A DNA stretch of 64,000 nucleotides from Candidatus Wallbacteria bacterium. GTDB lineage: Bacteria; Muiribacteriota; UBA9980. Under the pieces are notes generated by a model, which saw only the letters and a program-made list of their open reading frames with translations, did no database searches and was not told where the DNA came from. Position numbers and translations under genes: made by a program. This document shows positions 14,905 to 24,355 of the stretch, piece by piece. Position 1 is the stretch's first letter. Every line of letters starts with the position of its first letter. The stretch is from the NCBI GenBank assembly GCA_041441465.1, contig JASDSY010000032.1:72-64071 (forward strand). The letters are read 5' to 3'.

Positions 14905-15807
14905 ATGTTTCAGGGATCAATAGTTGCGATAGTTACGCCGTTTAAGAAAACTAAAGAAATCGATCTGGAAAGTTTTAAGAAACTTGTGAATTTTCATATA
15001 GACTCAAAGACGGACGGCATTGTCATTAACGGAACTACGGGCGAATCGCCAAACGTTAAGGACGACGAAATTATAAAATTATTTGAAACTGCGAATGAAA
15101 TAAGAAAAGAGCGTAAGTCGGATATAAAGCTTATAATCGGTACCGGTTCAAATTCTACGGAATGGGCGGTAACTAAATCGGAATATTTCAAAAAATTAAA
15201 TCCTGACGGTGTTCTTGTCGTAACGCCTTATTACAATAAACCGACGCAGGAAGGACTTTATCTTCATTTTGAGGAAGTAGCCAGAGCCGCGTTTCCTGTG
15301 CCGGTAATTCTTTATAACGTTCCGGGACGCACCGGCTGCAACCTTTTGCCTGCGACTATTGAACGTCTCGAAAAAATCGAGAATATAGTCTCGGTTAAGG
15401 AAGCGTCTGCCAATTTGATTCAAATGTCTGAAATATACATTAATACATGCCTTAAGTCGGCTAAAAAATTCACGGTTCTTTCAGGCGACGATGCGCTTAC
15501 CCTGCCGGTTTTATCAATAGGCGGCGCGGGCGTGATTTCGGTTACGGCTAATATCGTGCCGGGCCTTGTAAAACAATGCATCGATAAATATAACTGCGGC
15601 GATACGGTCGGGGCTCGTGAAATTCATAATAAGCTCCTGGAACTTCATAATGTAATGTTCATAGAGTCAAATCCGATTCCGGTGAAAACGGCGCTTGCAA
15701 TGATGGGAATGTGCGAAGAGGAATTCAGGCTGCCGCTTTGCAGAATTTCCGAGGCTTCACGCTCTAAACTTAAGGATATTTTGAAAAAATACGGGATAGT
15801 AAAATAA
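14905..15807 (+). CDS. dapA: 4-hydroxy-tetrahydrodipicolinate synthase
   Basis: Start moved to the ATG at 14905 (GAAGGGG RBS upstream). MFQGSIVAIVTPF, INGTTGESP, VVTPYYNKP, ILYNVPGRTG, VSVKEAS (active-site Lys) are all DapA-typical. Confidence 0.9.
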   Translation: MFQGSIVAIVTPFKKTKEIDLESFKKLVNFHIDSKTDGIVINGTTGESPNVKDDEIIKLFETANEIRKERKSDIKLIIGTGSNSTEWAVTKSEYFKKLNPDGVLVVTPYYNKPTQEGLYLHFEEVARAAFPVPVILYNVPGRTGCNLLPATIERLEKIENIVSVKEASANLIQMSEIYINTCLKSAKKFTVLSGDDALTLPVLSIGGAGVISVTANIVPGLVKQCIDKYNCGDTVGAREIHNKLLELHNVMFIESNPIPVKTALAMMGMCEEEFRLPLCRISEASRSKLKDILKKYGIVK

Positions 15808-15858
15808 AAAATCAGGCGGCGCCAAAGGCCGTCTTAAGTTGAAGTTATAGAAGGTTAA

Positions 15859-16653
15859 ATGTTAATTTATCTTTTAAGCGATATCAGAATATTTGATTTA
15901 ATAGACATTGCGGTTGTCAGCATTGTCATTTACGAGTTTATACTGCTGATTAAGGGAACGCGCGCGATGCAGATTTTAGTCGGCCTCGCGCTGGTTTTGC
16001 TTCCGCTCGTAATATCGCCGTGGATACAGCTTAATACGGTTATATGGATACTCGAAAAAATATTGCCGATAGGTGTTTTAGCTTTGCTGATATTGTTTCA
16101 GCCCGAGTTTCGTAAGACCCTCGAAAAATTGGGCCGGCGCGGTATCTTTGGCAACAAGGTTTATCTTAAGGATGAAGAGCTCGAGAAAATGATAACTCAG
16201 ATTCAAAAGGCAGTTCTGGCGCTGGCAAAGACTAAAACCGGCGCTATTATGGTATTATCGAGAGAATCCGGGCTCGAGGATTTTATCGAATCTGGAGTCG
16301 TCATTAAGGGCGCAATTTCATCTGAATTGCTGCAGAATATATTTTACCCGAAATCGCCCCTTCACGACGGTGCTGTTATAATTTCAAACGGCCTTCTCGA
16401 GGCGGCCGGGTGCATATTGCCGCTTTCCGATAATCCAAAATTACAGCAGGAACTGGGAACGAGGCATCGTGCCGCGATAGGCGTCACTGAAACATCTGAC
16501 GCAGTTTCAGTAATAGTCTCCGAAGAAACCGGAATTATTTCCATCGCAGCTAACGGTATTATAAACAGGCGCCTTGACGGTGACGAGCTTGTAAGAAATT
16601 TAAAACGAATGCTGAGTCCGCTCCAGAATAAAAATATATTCAAAAACTCATAG
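15859..16653 (+). CDS. cdaA: Diadenylate cyclase CdaA (c-di-AMP synthase)
   Basis: Three N-terminal TM helices plus a DAC domain: GAIMVL, SPLHDGAVII, LGTRHRAAIGVTE, DAVSVIVSEETG. Confidence 0.9.
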   Translation: MLIYLLSDIRIFDLIDIAVVSIVIYEFILLIKGTRAMQILVGLALVLLPLVISPWIQLNTVIWILEKILPIGVLALLILFQPEFRKTLEKLGRRGIFGNKVYLKDEELEKMITQIQKAVLALAKTKTGAIMVLSRESGLEDFIESGVVIKGAISSELLQNIFYPKSPLHDGAVIISNGLLEAAGCILPLSDNPKLQQELGTRHRAAIGVTETSDAVSVIVSEETGIISIAANGIINRRLDGDELVRNLKRMLSPLQNKNIFKNS

Positions 16654-16863
16654 AGTAATAAACGGATAACCGGCCGGTCTGGATCGGATATATTGAAAAA
16701 TCCTAAATATTAATGTGTTTTTATTGGAAAAAATAAAAACACAATTTGAAATGAAATTATATTTGCAGGGGATTTTTAACTTAAAACGGCTAAAAAAAAT
16801 GCTTTTAATTAAGCGTGAAATTTTTATAAGCATAAAAAAATATTGAGATAAAGAAATATTATT

Positions 16864-18078
16864 ATGAAATACATATTATTCGAAAATTTTTCACTGCGCA
16901 TATTATCACTTTTTCTGGCAATAATCGGATGGTTTTACGTTAATATAATTGTAAATCCAGTTGTCGACCGCCAGTTTGAGATCGATCTTCTCGTGACCGA
17001 AAAAAGGTCTGATTGCGCTTATAAAAATATACCTTCTAAAGTTCATATAATTCTGCATGGCGGCCGCCGAGATATAATCGAAGGGTACTATCCGGTTAAA
17101 CTTTTCGCTTCGGTGAATGTATCGAAAGCCGTTCCTGATATTCCGAATAAAATTCCGGTGTCGGTAATTTCGCCGCGCGGGCTTGATTTGTTAAAAATAG
17201 AACCGCGTGAGATTGAAATAATGCCGGTTATGATGGAAGAAAAAACAGTTGAAGTAAATGTAATGCCGAACGGCGAGGTAAAGCCTGGTTATTATATAAA
17301 AGAGATAGAAACGAATCCTAAAATAGTTAAGCTCAAAGGGCCTAAAAAGACGATAAGCAAAGTTAAGCAATTAATCGTGCCGGTGCAAGTTTCGAATCTT
17401 GATTCGAGTTATTCAACAAAGCAGTTTTTGAACTTAACCGAGACTGACATTAATGATAAGGCTAATTCGGATGTCATGATAACTCCGAAAGATGCGGAAA
17501 TAAGCGTATATGTCCAGCCTATGCCGTCGAAGCAGGTTAATGTGGTGCCGTCGATAAAGGGTAATGTAGCTCCGGGATATACTATACTTTCGTCGGAATG
17601 CGACCCTAAATTTATAATGATTAAAGGAGTGCCGGAAAAAATTTCGAAAATAACCGAGATAAATACCGAGCCGATAGATATGACAAATGCTACTCAGGGA
17701 ATCAAACAGGTAGTAAAGTTAATACTTCCCGAGCAGGCCGGCGTTATTGTCGAAAATAAACAGGTTTCGCTTACAGTTACATTGAAACCTATATACAAGA
17801 CTCAGAAATTTTATAACGTGCCGGTTATGGCGCCGCATCTTGAAAATTACGAAATTACTCTCGAGGATGAAACTATAAACATAGAGGCTAACGCGCCTTT
17901 ATTTAAAATCAAGGAACTGGAAAATTCTAAATTTAAAATTGACGCTATGCTTCACAACTCGATAGATAAGCTCGATACCGGCAGCGTGACTCTGGACCTT
18001 TTGATCTCGGGAACTACGGTTCCAGTGGAAATAAAACCGGCCCAGATCAAGGCTTTCATAAAACCTAAAAATAAATAA
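16864..18078 (+). CDS. cdaR: CdaR / YbbR-domain regulator of CdaA
   Basis: N-terminal TM helix followed by repeated YbbR-like units (V.V.P.G.VKPGY....I...P..V...GP). Located directly downstream of cdaA. Confidence 0.75.
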   Translation: MKYILFENFSLRILSLFLAIIGWFYVNIIVNPVVDRQFEIDLLVTEKRSDCAYKNIPSKVHIILHGGRRDIIEGYYPVKLFASVNVSKAVPDIPNKIPVSVISPRGLDLLKIEPREIEIMPVMMEEKTVEVNVMPNGEVKPGYYIKEIETNPKIVKLKGPKKTISKVKQLIVPVQVSNLDSSYSTKQFLNLTETDINDKANSDVMITPKDAEISVYVQPMPSKQVNVVPSIKGNVAPGYTILSSECDPKFIMIKGVPEKISKITEINTEPIDMTNATQGIKQVVKLILPEQAGVIVENKQVSLTVTLKPIYKTQKFYNVPVMAPHLENYEITLEDETINIEANAPLFKIKELENSKFKIDAMLHNSIDKLDTGSVTLDLLISGTTVPVEIKPAQIKAFIKPKNK

Positions 18079-18165
18079 TATCGGAAGTCAGATCATCTTT
18101 AAAGCATGTAAACTTAGATTAAGCCGTAATAAATAAATTATTAAATTAAAAGAGGCGGGGTTAAA

Positions 18166-19860
18166 TTGTCAACATTTACCTTAGATGACATAAACAACAA
18201 GAATAAAATACTGCAAAAGAATGCGCTGATGTATTATTCTCAGAGTGTGACTCCGGAAGAAATTTCGAAACTTGAAAAAGTTTTTAATGATAATCCCAAG
18301 TCGGAAGCCGGCCTTATGGCGGCCATTATATTAGGAAAGAACGGCAATAAAGAAGTAATAGAAAAAATTCTAATTTACCTTCAGGACCGTAATTACTCGC
18401 TTCAGAGAAAAGCAGAGCTTGTTTTGACAGAAATCGGCAAAAATGCTGTCGAACCTCTTGTTAAATATAACGGGCTTGACGAAGACCGCGGCCTTCTAAT
18501 GCGTATCGCGAAGGTATTGCGCAATATGAGCGAAATTAATATTCCGCTCATGCTCAAAATGATAGAAGGCGGCACTTTGCCGATGCAGATAATCGCCGCT
18601 TTTGTCCTCGGCAGGGTAAAAAATGACGATAAAGTCCTTGTGACGCTTATTAAAGCGCTTGCCAACAACGAACCGGAGCTTGACCGCGTTATAATCGAAT
18701 CGCTCGTCGAGGCCGGCGATAAAATCGTACAGATTATTCAGAAAGTGTTTAAAAATTGCAATGAACATATAGCCGAAGTTTTGATGGAAGTGCTGTACAG
18801 GATCGGCCAGCCCGCTTTGAAATTACTGATTGAGTGCCTTGATTCGCCGACTCTTCACCTGCGCCGCTATGCGCCTTACGCAATAAGGTTTGCTAAGGAT
18901 GCCGACACTATAAAAAAAGTGATCGACGTTTTGAATGACTCAGACTATATTGTTTGCTATAACGCATATAGAAATTTGGTAGAAAATTTGACGGAAGAGC
19001 ATAAGTTTTTATTTTTCCATAAGCTCCTGGAGCCGAATCTTCCTGAAAATCAGCTGCACTGGCTTATAAAGACGCTTTGCTCTAAATTTGACGAATACAG
19101 CGAACAGATATTGCTTTACATGAAAACACCAGAGGAAGTCAAGCCGAGCGAAACGCCGATGTCTGATAACGTTAAAATATCGCTTGCGATCGCTATTGCC
19201 GATTTTTTCAATTCTACGCTTATAGCAAGGCTTATAAAAATGCTTGGCGACCAGAGTTATTTTGTGCGTGAAAACGCGATTAAAATTTTGGTTGAAAACG
19301 GGCGCATGTTCATTCCTCAGATAATAATGGCGCTCGGCGATCCGCGTGAGGACGTGCGCGACGCCATAATAAGGATATTAAAGGTATTGAAGGACCATGC
19401 ATTCGGCGTGCTTCTGGAGAACTTGAAGACCGGCAACAACGAAATGCGTTATAATTGCGCGTATGCCCTTGGTTATATGGAGGATAAGCGCGCGGCGGAC
19501 CAGCTTACTAAAGCGCTTAACGACGGCAATGACTGGGTCCGTGAGTTCGCCGCGGCTTCGCTCGGGCGGCTCGGCGAAATAAACAGCCTTCTGCCTTTAT
19601 TAAATGATAATGACGAACAGTCGCGCGCACAGATAATAAAGGCGCTTGGTTTGTGCGGGAAAAATGCGCTTGCGCCGCTTATTAAAGCGCTCGGTGAAGC
19701 TAATATCGATAAACGCGAAGGTATTTCAAAAGCTGTAATGGCGCTTGGGCCTGTCATAAAAGACGATCTTCAGATGATACTTGAAACCGAAGAAAATGAA
19801 AATGTGCGGTTCTGGCTTTTGAAAATTATGAGAAGTTTTTCAAAAAAGAATGAAATGTAA
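18166..19860 (+). CDS. HEAT-repeat (PBS-lyase-like) protein
   Basis: 564 aa with recurring L.D....VR..A...LG...A...L repeats, e.g. LGDQSYFVRENAIKIL, LGDPREDVRDAIIRIL, LNDGNDWVREFAAASLGRLG. Confidence 0.7.
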   Translation: MSTFTLDDINNKNKILQKNALMYYSQSVTPEEISKLEKVFNDNPKSEAGLMAAIILGKNGNKEVIEKILIYLQDRNYSLQRKAELVLTEIGKNAVEPLVKYNGLDEDRGLLMRIAKVLRNMSEINIPLMLKMIEGGTLPMQIIAAFVLGRVKNDDKVLVTLIKALANNEPELDRVIIESLVEAGDKIVQIIQKVFKNCNEHIAEVLMEVLYRIGQPALKLLIECLDSPTLHLRRYAPYAIRFAKDADTIKKVIDVLNDSDYIVCYNAYRNLVENLTEEHKFLFFHKLLEPNLPENQLHWLIKTLCSKFDEYSEQILLYMKTPEEVKPSETPMSDNVKISLAIAIADFFNSTLIARLIKMLGDQSYFVRENAIKILVENGRMFIPQIIMALGDPREDVRDAIIRILKVLKDHAFGVLLENLKTGNNEMRYNCAYALGYMEDKRAADQLTKALNDGNDWVREFAAASLGRLGEINSLLPLLNDNDEQSRAQIIKALGLCGKNALAPLIKALGEANIDKREGISKAVMALGPVIKDDLQMILETEENENVRFWLLKIMRSFSKKNEM

Positions 19861-19884
19861 TTTCAAATATACAGAGGGGCCTCT

Positions 19885-21069
19885 TTGAAAAATCATCTTG
19901 AAACCTGTTTTATTTTAACTCAGTTTAATGTATATTCGAATTCTAAAGTTAATTTTAATTTGCTTTCGAATTATTTCGGCGATGCGGCAAACCTTGCTTG
20001 CGGCCGGATGATAAAATCTCCTGAAACGGAACATGATAAAGCTGTTATTGAATGGCTTTTAAAGCGGCTCGAGACCGTGAGGCCGGCAGCCGGCGAGCGT
20101 GAAAAAGCCATGTCGGCTTATGAAAATTACAGCCGTCGAATTTTAAATAATATAGGTAAAGATGTTTTTGTCGGTGCGATAACGATATTTGACGATAACT
20201 ATCCCGCGATTTTAAGGGAAATTCCAGCTCCGCCGCTTGTTATATATGCAGCCGGGGCCGGGTATGACAGGAATGCCGACAGCCTGGCTGTGGTCGGAAC
20301 GCGTAAACCTTCGACTTATGCTCTGGGACAATGCAAGAAATTTTGCGGCGAACTTTCTGAATTGAAAATAAATATAGTTTCAGGCCTTGCGGCCGGCATC
20401 GATTCGTGCGCGCATAAGGCCGCTCTGGACGGGGATAATACGACATTCGCCGTTTTAGGAAGCGGGTTTGACATAATTTTTCCGCCTTCGAATCTGTCGC
20501 TTTATGAAAATATAATAAAAAACGGCGCCGTAATTTCCGAATATCTGCCTGGCTCTGCACCTGCGAAATATACGTTTATTTTTAGAAACAGGATAATTTC
20601 AGGGCTCTCTAAAGGAGTTCTTGTGGCGGCGGCCGGCGAAAAATCAGGCGCGTTAATAACTGCAAAATATGCTTCCGAACAAAACCGGGAGGTTTTTTCA
20701 TTGTGCGGCGATATGACTCGCGGGGACTTTGGCGGCTGTCATAACATTATAAAAAATCATAATGCAAAATTAGTTACGAATATTGCCGATATATTAGATG
20801 AAGTGGATTTTAAGGCAGCTTCTAAAATTTTGAAAAAAAATAAAAAAATAGCGGACCTGTCTGCGCTGAATGCGGATGAAAATTTGGTATATAAGGTTAT
20901 AAACTCGCTCGAAAAAAAATTTGAGGGCGGGCAGGCGCCGATAGATAATATTTTCGAAGAAATAAACGGTCGGTTGGATAATTCGGCCGTGCTTGTTATT
21001 TTAAGCAAACTTGAAATAGAAGGTTTTATAAATACATTTTTTGGAAAGAGGTACGAAACCGTAAAATGA
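19885..21069 (+). CDS. dprA: DNA processing protein DprA (Smf)
   Basis: AVVGTRKPS.YA, SGLAAGIDSCAHKAAL, TFAVLGSGFD..FP, FRNRIISGLS..VLV.AAG.KSGALITAKYA.EQNREVF. The TTG start is uncertain. Confidence 0.85.
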   Translation: MKNHLETCFILTQFNVYSNSKVNFNLLSNYFGDAANLACGRMIKSPETEHDKAVIEWLLKRLETVRPAAGEREKAMSAYENYSRRILNNIGKDVFVGAITIFDDNYPAILREIPAPPLVIYAAGAGYDRNADSLAVVGTRKPSTYALGQCKKFCGELSELKINIVSGLAAGIDSCAHKAALDGDNTTFAVLGSGFDIIFPPSNLSLYENIIKNGAVISEYLPGSAPAKYTFIFRNRIISGLSKGVLVAAAGEKSGALITAKYASEQNREVFSLCGDMTRGDFGGCHNIIKNHNAKLVTNIADILDEVDFKAASKILKKNKKIADLSALNADENLVYKVINSLEKKFEGGQAPIDNIFEEINGRLDNSAVLVILSKLEIEGFINTFFGKRYETVK

Positions 21070-21545
21070 GTGATAGAATCGGCGAAATTTTTGTTAAGAT
21101 AATGCAGGGAATGCTTGATCACGAAGGTGAATTCAAAAAAGTACAGAAATCGCTTTTAAAAGAAGGCTATTCTTTTAATGAGATCGAAGCCGCTTGTGAA
21201 TGGTATTTCAGCGAACTAAGCGGCGCTGGTTCTGATTCCGAGAATGGTGAAACTGGTCCTGTTATGATGGCCGATCCGGCTTGCGAAAGCGTCAGAATGT
21301 TTACGCTTGACGAAGAAACTCTGCTTTCGATAGAAGCGCGCGGGTTCCTTATGGAAATGCTTCATTTCGGTGGCGTAACGGTCCATGAAATCGAGCGTTT
21401 AATTGAGACATTAAAGCAGTATGCCATCGAGGACGCGCCGGTTGAAATTGTAAAACAGCTTATGGAAGAGTTCCGGATGATCGATATACCGCAAAAAGAC
21501 GGCAGCGAGGACAATGTCGATTTCAGGATAAAATATATGCAATAA
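21066..21545 (+). CDS. smg: Smg protein (DUF494)
   Basis: ATGA overlap with the dprA stop. Size (159 aa), the VRMFT.EE...L..EARGFL..L motif, and the classic smf-smg-topA context all fit. Confidence 0.7.
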   Translation: MSDRIGEIFVKIMQGMLDHEGEFKKVQKSLLKEGYSFNEIEAACEWYFSELSGAGSDSENGETGPVMMADPACESVRMFTLDEETLLSIEARGFLMEMLHFGGVTVHEIERLIETLKQYAIEDAPVEIVKQLMEEFRMIDIPQKDGSEDNVDFRIKYMQ

Positions 21546-21600
21546 TCGGAGCAGGGCTTTTAGGAAATAATAACTGGCAGAGCAATGCTTCAGGCTGGTA

Positions 21601-21620
21601 TTGCGCGTTATAACGCGCAA
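21601..21620. promoter_or_regulatory. Perfect 20-bp palindrome upstream of topA
   Basis: TTGCGCGTTA|TAACGCGCAA, between smg (ends 21545) and topA (starts 21692/21710). Confidence 0.4.
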
Positions 21621-21691
21621 ATAAGCTGACAGAGTATAACCTGATTTTTTATGAAATTTGAGCAATAAAAAAATTATAGATAAATTTAATT

Positions 21692-24151
21692 TTGGGCGGG
21701 GGAATTCTAGTGCGCAAAAGCGTTGGTAAAAGTCTTATAATAGTTGAGTCACCTGGAAAAATTAAGACTATAAAAAAAATACTTGGCTCCAATTTCGAAG
21801 TTAAGGCTTCGATGGGGCACGTTATAGACCTTCCGACGAGGACCCTCGGGGTTAATAAAAAGAAGAATTTCGAGCCCGAATATGAAGTCATACCTAAAAA
21901 AGATAAGGTAATAGAAGAGTTAAAGCGTGAAGTGGAAAAGGTCGAGAATGTATTTCTTGCTCCCGACCCTGACCGTGAAGGAGAGGCAATTGCATGGCAT
22001 CTGGCGCGCGCGCTAAACCTTAACCTTGACTCTTATAACCGTGTCACGTTTAATTCGATCACGCCGAAAGCGGTCAGCGAAGCTATTGAAAATCCGACTA
22101 AAATAAATATCGACAAGGTAAATGCTCAGCAGGGCCGCCGTATTCTGGACCGCCTCGTGGGTTACGAACTGTCGCCTCTTTTATGGCGTAAGCTTCAAAA
22201 AGGCCTGTCAGCTGGACGTGTTCAGTCTGTCGCCGTGCTTTTGGTTTGCCAGCGCGAGGAAGAGATAGCGAAATTCATTAAAGAAGAATATTGGCTGATT
22301 GACGGTATTTTCCAGAAAAAAACAGCGGAGTCGTTTAAATCGCAGCTTATAAGGTTTAAAGGGAAAAAGCCGAAAATTACGAATTCTGCCGAAGCCGGAG
22401 AAATCGTCGAAGCGTGCCGCAGTCTTGAGTATAAAGTACTGAAAACGATTAACAGGGAAAAGTTAAAAAGGCCGCCGGCGCCGTTTATCACTTCGACATT
22501 GCAGCAGGAATGCTCGCGTTATCTGAATTTTGCGCCGAACCGCACGATGAAGGTAGCGCAGAAATTATACGAAGGCGTAGAAATAGAAAAAGGCAATGTT
22601 GTCGGTTTGATAACATATATGCGTACGGATTCGTACCGCGTTGTGCCTGAAGCCATAGCGGAAGCGCGCGAATTTATAAAAAATAACTACGGCAAGGAAT
22701 ACGTTCCGGCCAAAGAACGATTCTTTAAAACCAAGGCTGCTGCGCAGGACGCTCATGAAGCTATAAGGCCGACCGATATAAAGAATACGCCCGAAAAGAT
22801 GAAAGCGCACCTTACCAACGATGAATACAGGCTTTATAATATGATATGGAAGCGCTATGTCGCGTCGCAATCGGCTGATGCGGTATTTGACAGCGTAGCA
22901 GTCGAGCTGGGAAATGACCAGGTTATATTTAAAAGTATCGGCGAAACCCTAAAATTTCCGGGGTTTTTGACTCTTTATGATATTTCGGTCGAGGACGAGA
23001 AGGAAAAGAAAAACGAAGAAACCGAAAATGATGAAGAGGGCGAAATTTTTAACGGTCGTCTTCCTAAATTGACTGAAGGCGAAGTTCTTTCGATGAAAGA
23101 AATAATTCCTGAGCAAAAGTTCACTAAGGAGCCGCCGCGCTATTCGACGGCTACTCTCATAAAAACCCTCGAAGAGCTTAAGATAGGACGCCCGTCTACT
23201 TACGCGACCATCGTGAATACGATATTAGACCGTAATTATGTCGAGATCAAAGAGAAGAAATTTTTTGCCACCGATATTGGAATTGCGGCGTCAGTGCTTT
23301 TGAAAGGCTATTTTAACGATCTTATAAATGTCGAATTTACGGCTAAAATGGAAGAAGAACTCGATAAAATCGAAGAGGGTCAGAAAGATTGGCACGAGGT
23401 CCTTTCGGAATTCTATTCGCCTTTTTCGGAAAAGATATCGTATGCTGATAAAAATTTGAAAAGGCTTAATGTAATGACTGACTGCTCTTGCGAGAAGTGC
23501 AAGAGCCCAATGACAGTTGTATTTTCTGAAAAAGGAAGATTTCTTGCCTGCTCGAAATATCCAAATTGCCGCTCTACCAGGAATATTCCAAATGATTTTG
23601 TGATATTCGAAAAGGGTATTTTCGACATTAAGGAGCCGAAAATAGTCATTAACGAGCGGTTGACCGCCTATGAGAAGCAGAATCAGGTCGTAAGGGAAAC
23701 CGCCGAGCAGACCGTTATGGGTAAATGCGAAAAATGCGGCAAGGATATGGTGCTAAAAAAAGGGCCTTACGGAGAATTTATGGCATGCAGCGGTTATCCG
23801 GCATGCCGCAATGCCAAGCCGATAAAAAAAGATATCGGTATTAATTGCCCCAAGGACGGCTGCGCCGGCAAGATAATGGTCAGGAAATCAAAAAAGGGCC
23901 GGATTTTTTATTCATGTACGGAATATCCGAAGTGCGATTTTGTTTCATGGGACAGGCCGACCGGCGAAAATTGTCCTGAATGCGGCAGTTTCCTGATTGT
24001 TAAGGTTTCGAAAAAAGGCGATAAGACCGCCTGCTCGAACAAGGAATGCTCGTATAAGCCTGATGAAAAATCGGATAACGGTGAGAGTGAAGATACGCCT
24101 AAAACGCGGAAGAAAAAATCTGAAGAAGTTACCGAATTATCTGAATATTAA
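21692..24151 (+). CDS. topA: DNA topoisomerase I
   Basis: TOPRIM domain: LIIVESPGK, APDPDREGEAI. Also GRRILDRLVGY.LSP.LW and the active-site region ITYMRTDS. Four C-terminal C4 zinc ribbons. Alternative GTG start at 21710. Confidence 0.95.
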   Translation: MGGGILVRKSVGKSLIIVESPGKIKTIKKILGSNFEVKASMGHVIDLPTRTLGVNKKKNFEPEYEVIPKKDKVIEELKREVEKVENVFLAPDPDREGEAIAWHLARALNLNLDSYNRVTFNSITPKAVSEAIENPTKINIDKVNAQQGRRILDRLVGYELSPLLWRKLQKGLSAGRVQSVAVLLVCQREEEIAKFIKEEYWLIDGIFQKKTAESFKSQLIRFKGKKPKITNSAEAGEIVEACRSLEYKVLKTINREKLKRPPAPFITSTLQQECSRYLNFAPNRTMKVAQKLYEGVEIEKGNVVGLITYMRTDSYRVVPEAIAEAREFIKNNYGKEYVPAKERFFKTKAAAQDAHEAIRPTDIKNTPEKMKAHLTNDEYRLYNMIWKRYVASQSADAVFDSVAVELGNDQVIFKSIGETLKFPGFLTLYDISVEDEKEKKNEETENDEEGEIFNGRLPKLTEGEVLSMKEIIPEQKFTKEPPRYSTATLIKTLEELKIGRPSTYATIVNTILDRNYVEIKEKKFFATDIGIAASVLLKGYFNDLINVEFTAKMEEELDKIEEGQKDWHEVLSEFYSPFSEKISYADKNLKRLNVMTDCSCEKCKSPMTVVFSEKGRFLACSKYPNCRSTRNIPNDFVIFEKGIFDIKEPKIVINERLTAYEKQNQVVRETAEQTVMGKCEKCGKDMVLKKGPYGEFMACSGYPACRNAKPIKKDIGINCPKDGCAGKIMVRKSKKGRIFYSCTEYPKCDFVSWDRPTGENCPECGSFLIVKVSKKGDKTACSNKECSYKPDEKSDNGESEDTPKTRKKKSEEVTELSEY

Positions 24152-24355
24152 ATGCTATTTTAATTTTGGCGTTTAATTAGAGATACTATTTTATAAGTTG
24201 TTTGAATTTAATAAATATATAAGCATATTGAAAATTTAGATTATCTTTTGAAATTTTATTGTATAAGAAGAAAAATAATATATTTTTATTGTTTTTGGGT
24301 TTGTTTCTGCCAAAATCAGGATACTATGTAGTTATAGAAAGACAGAATATTTTAA

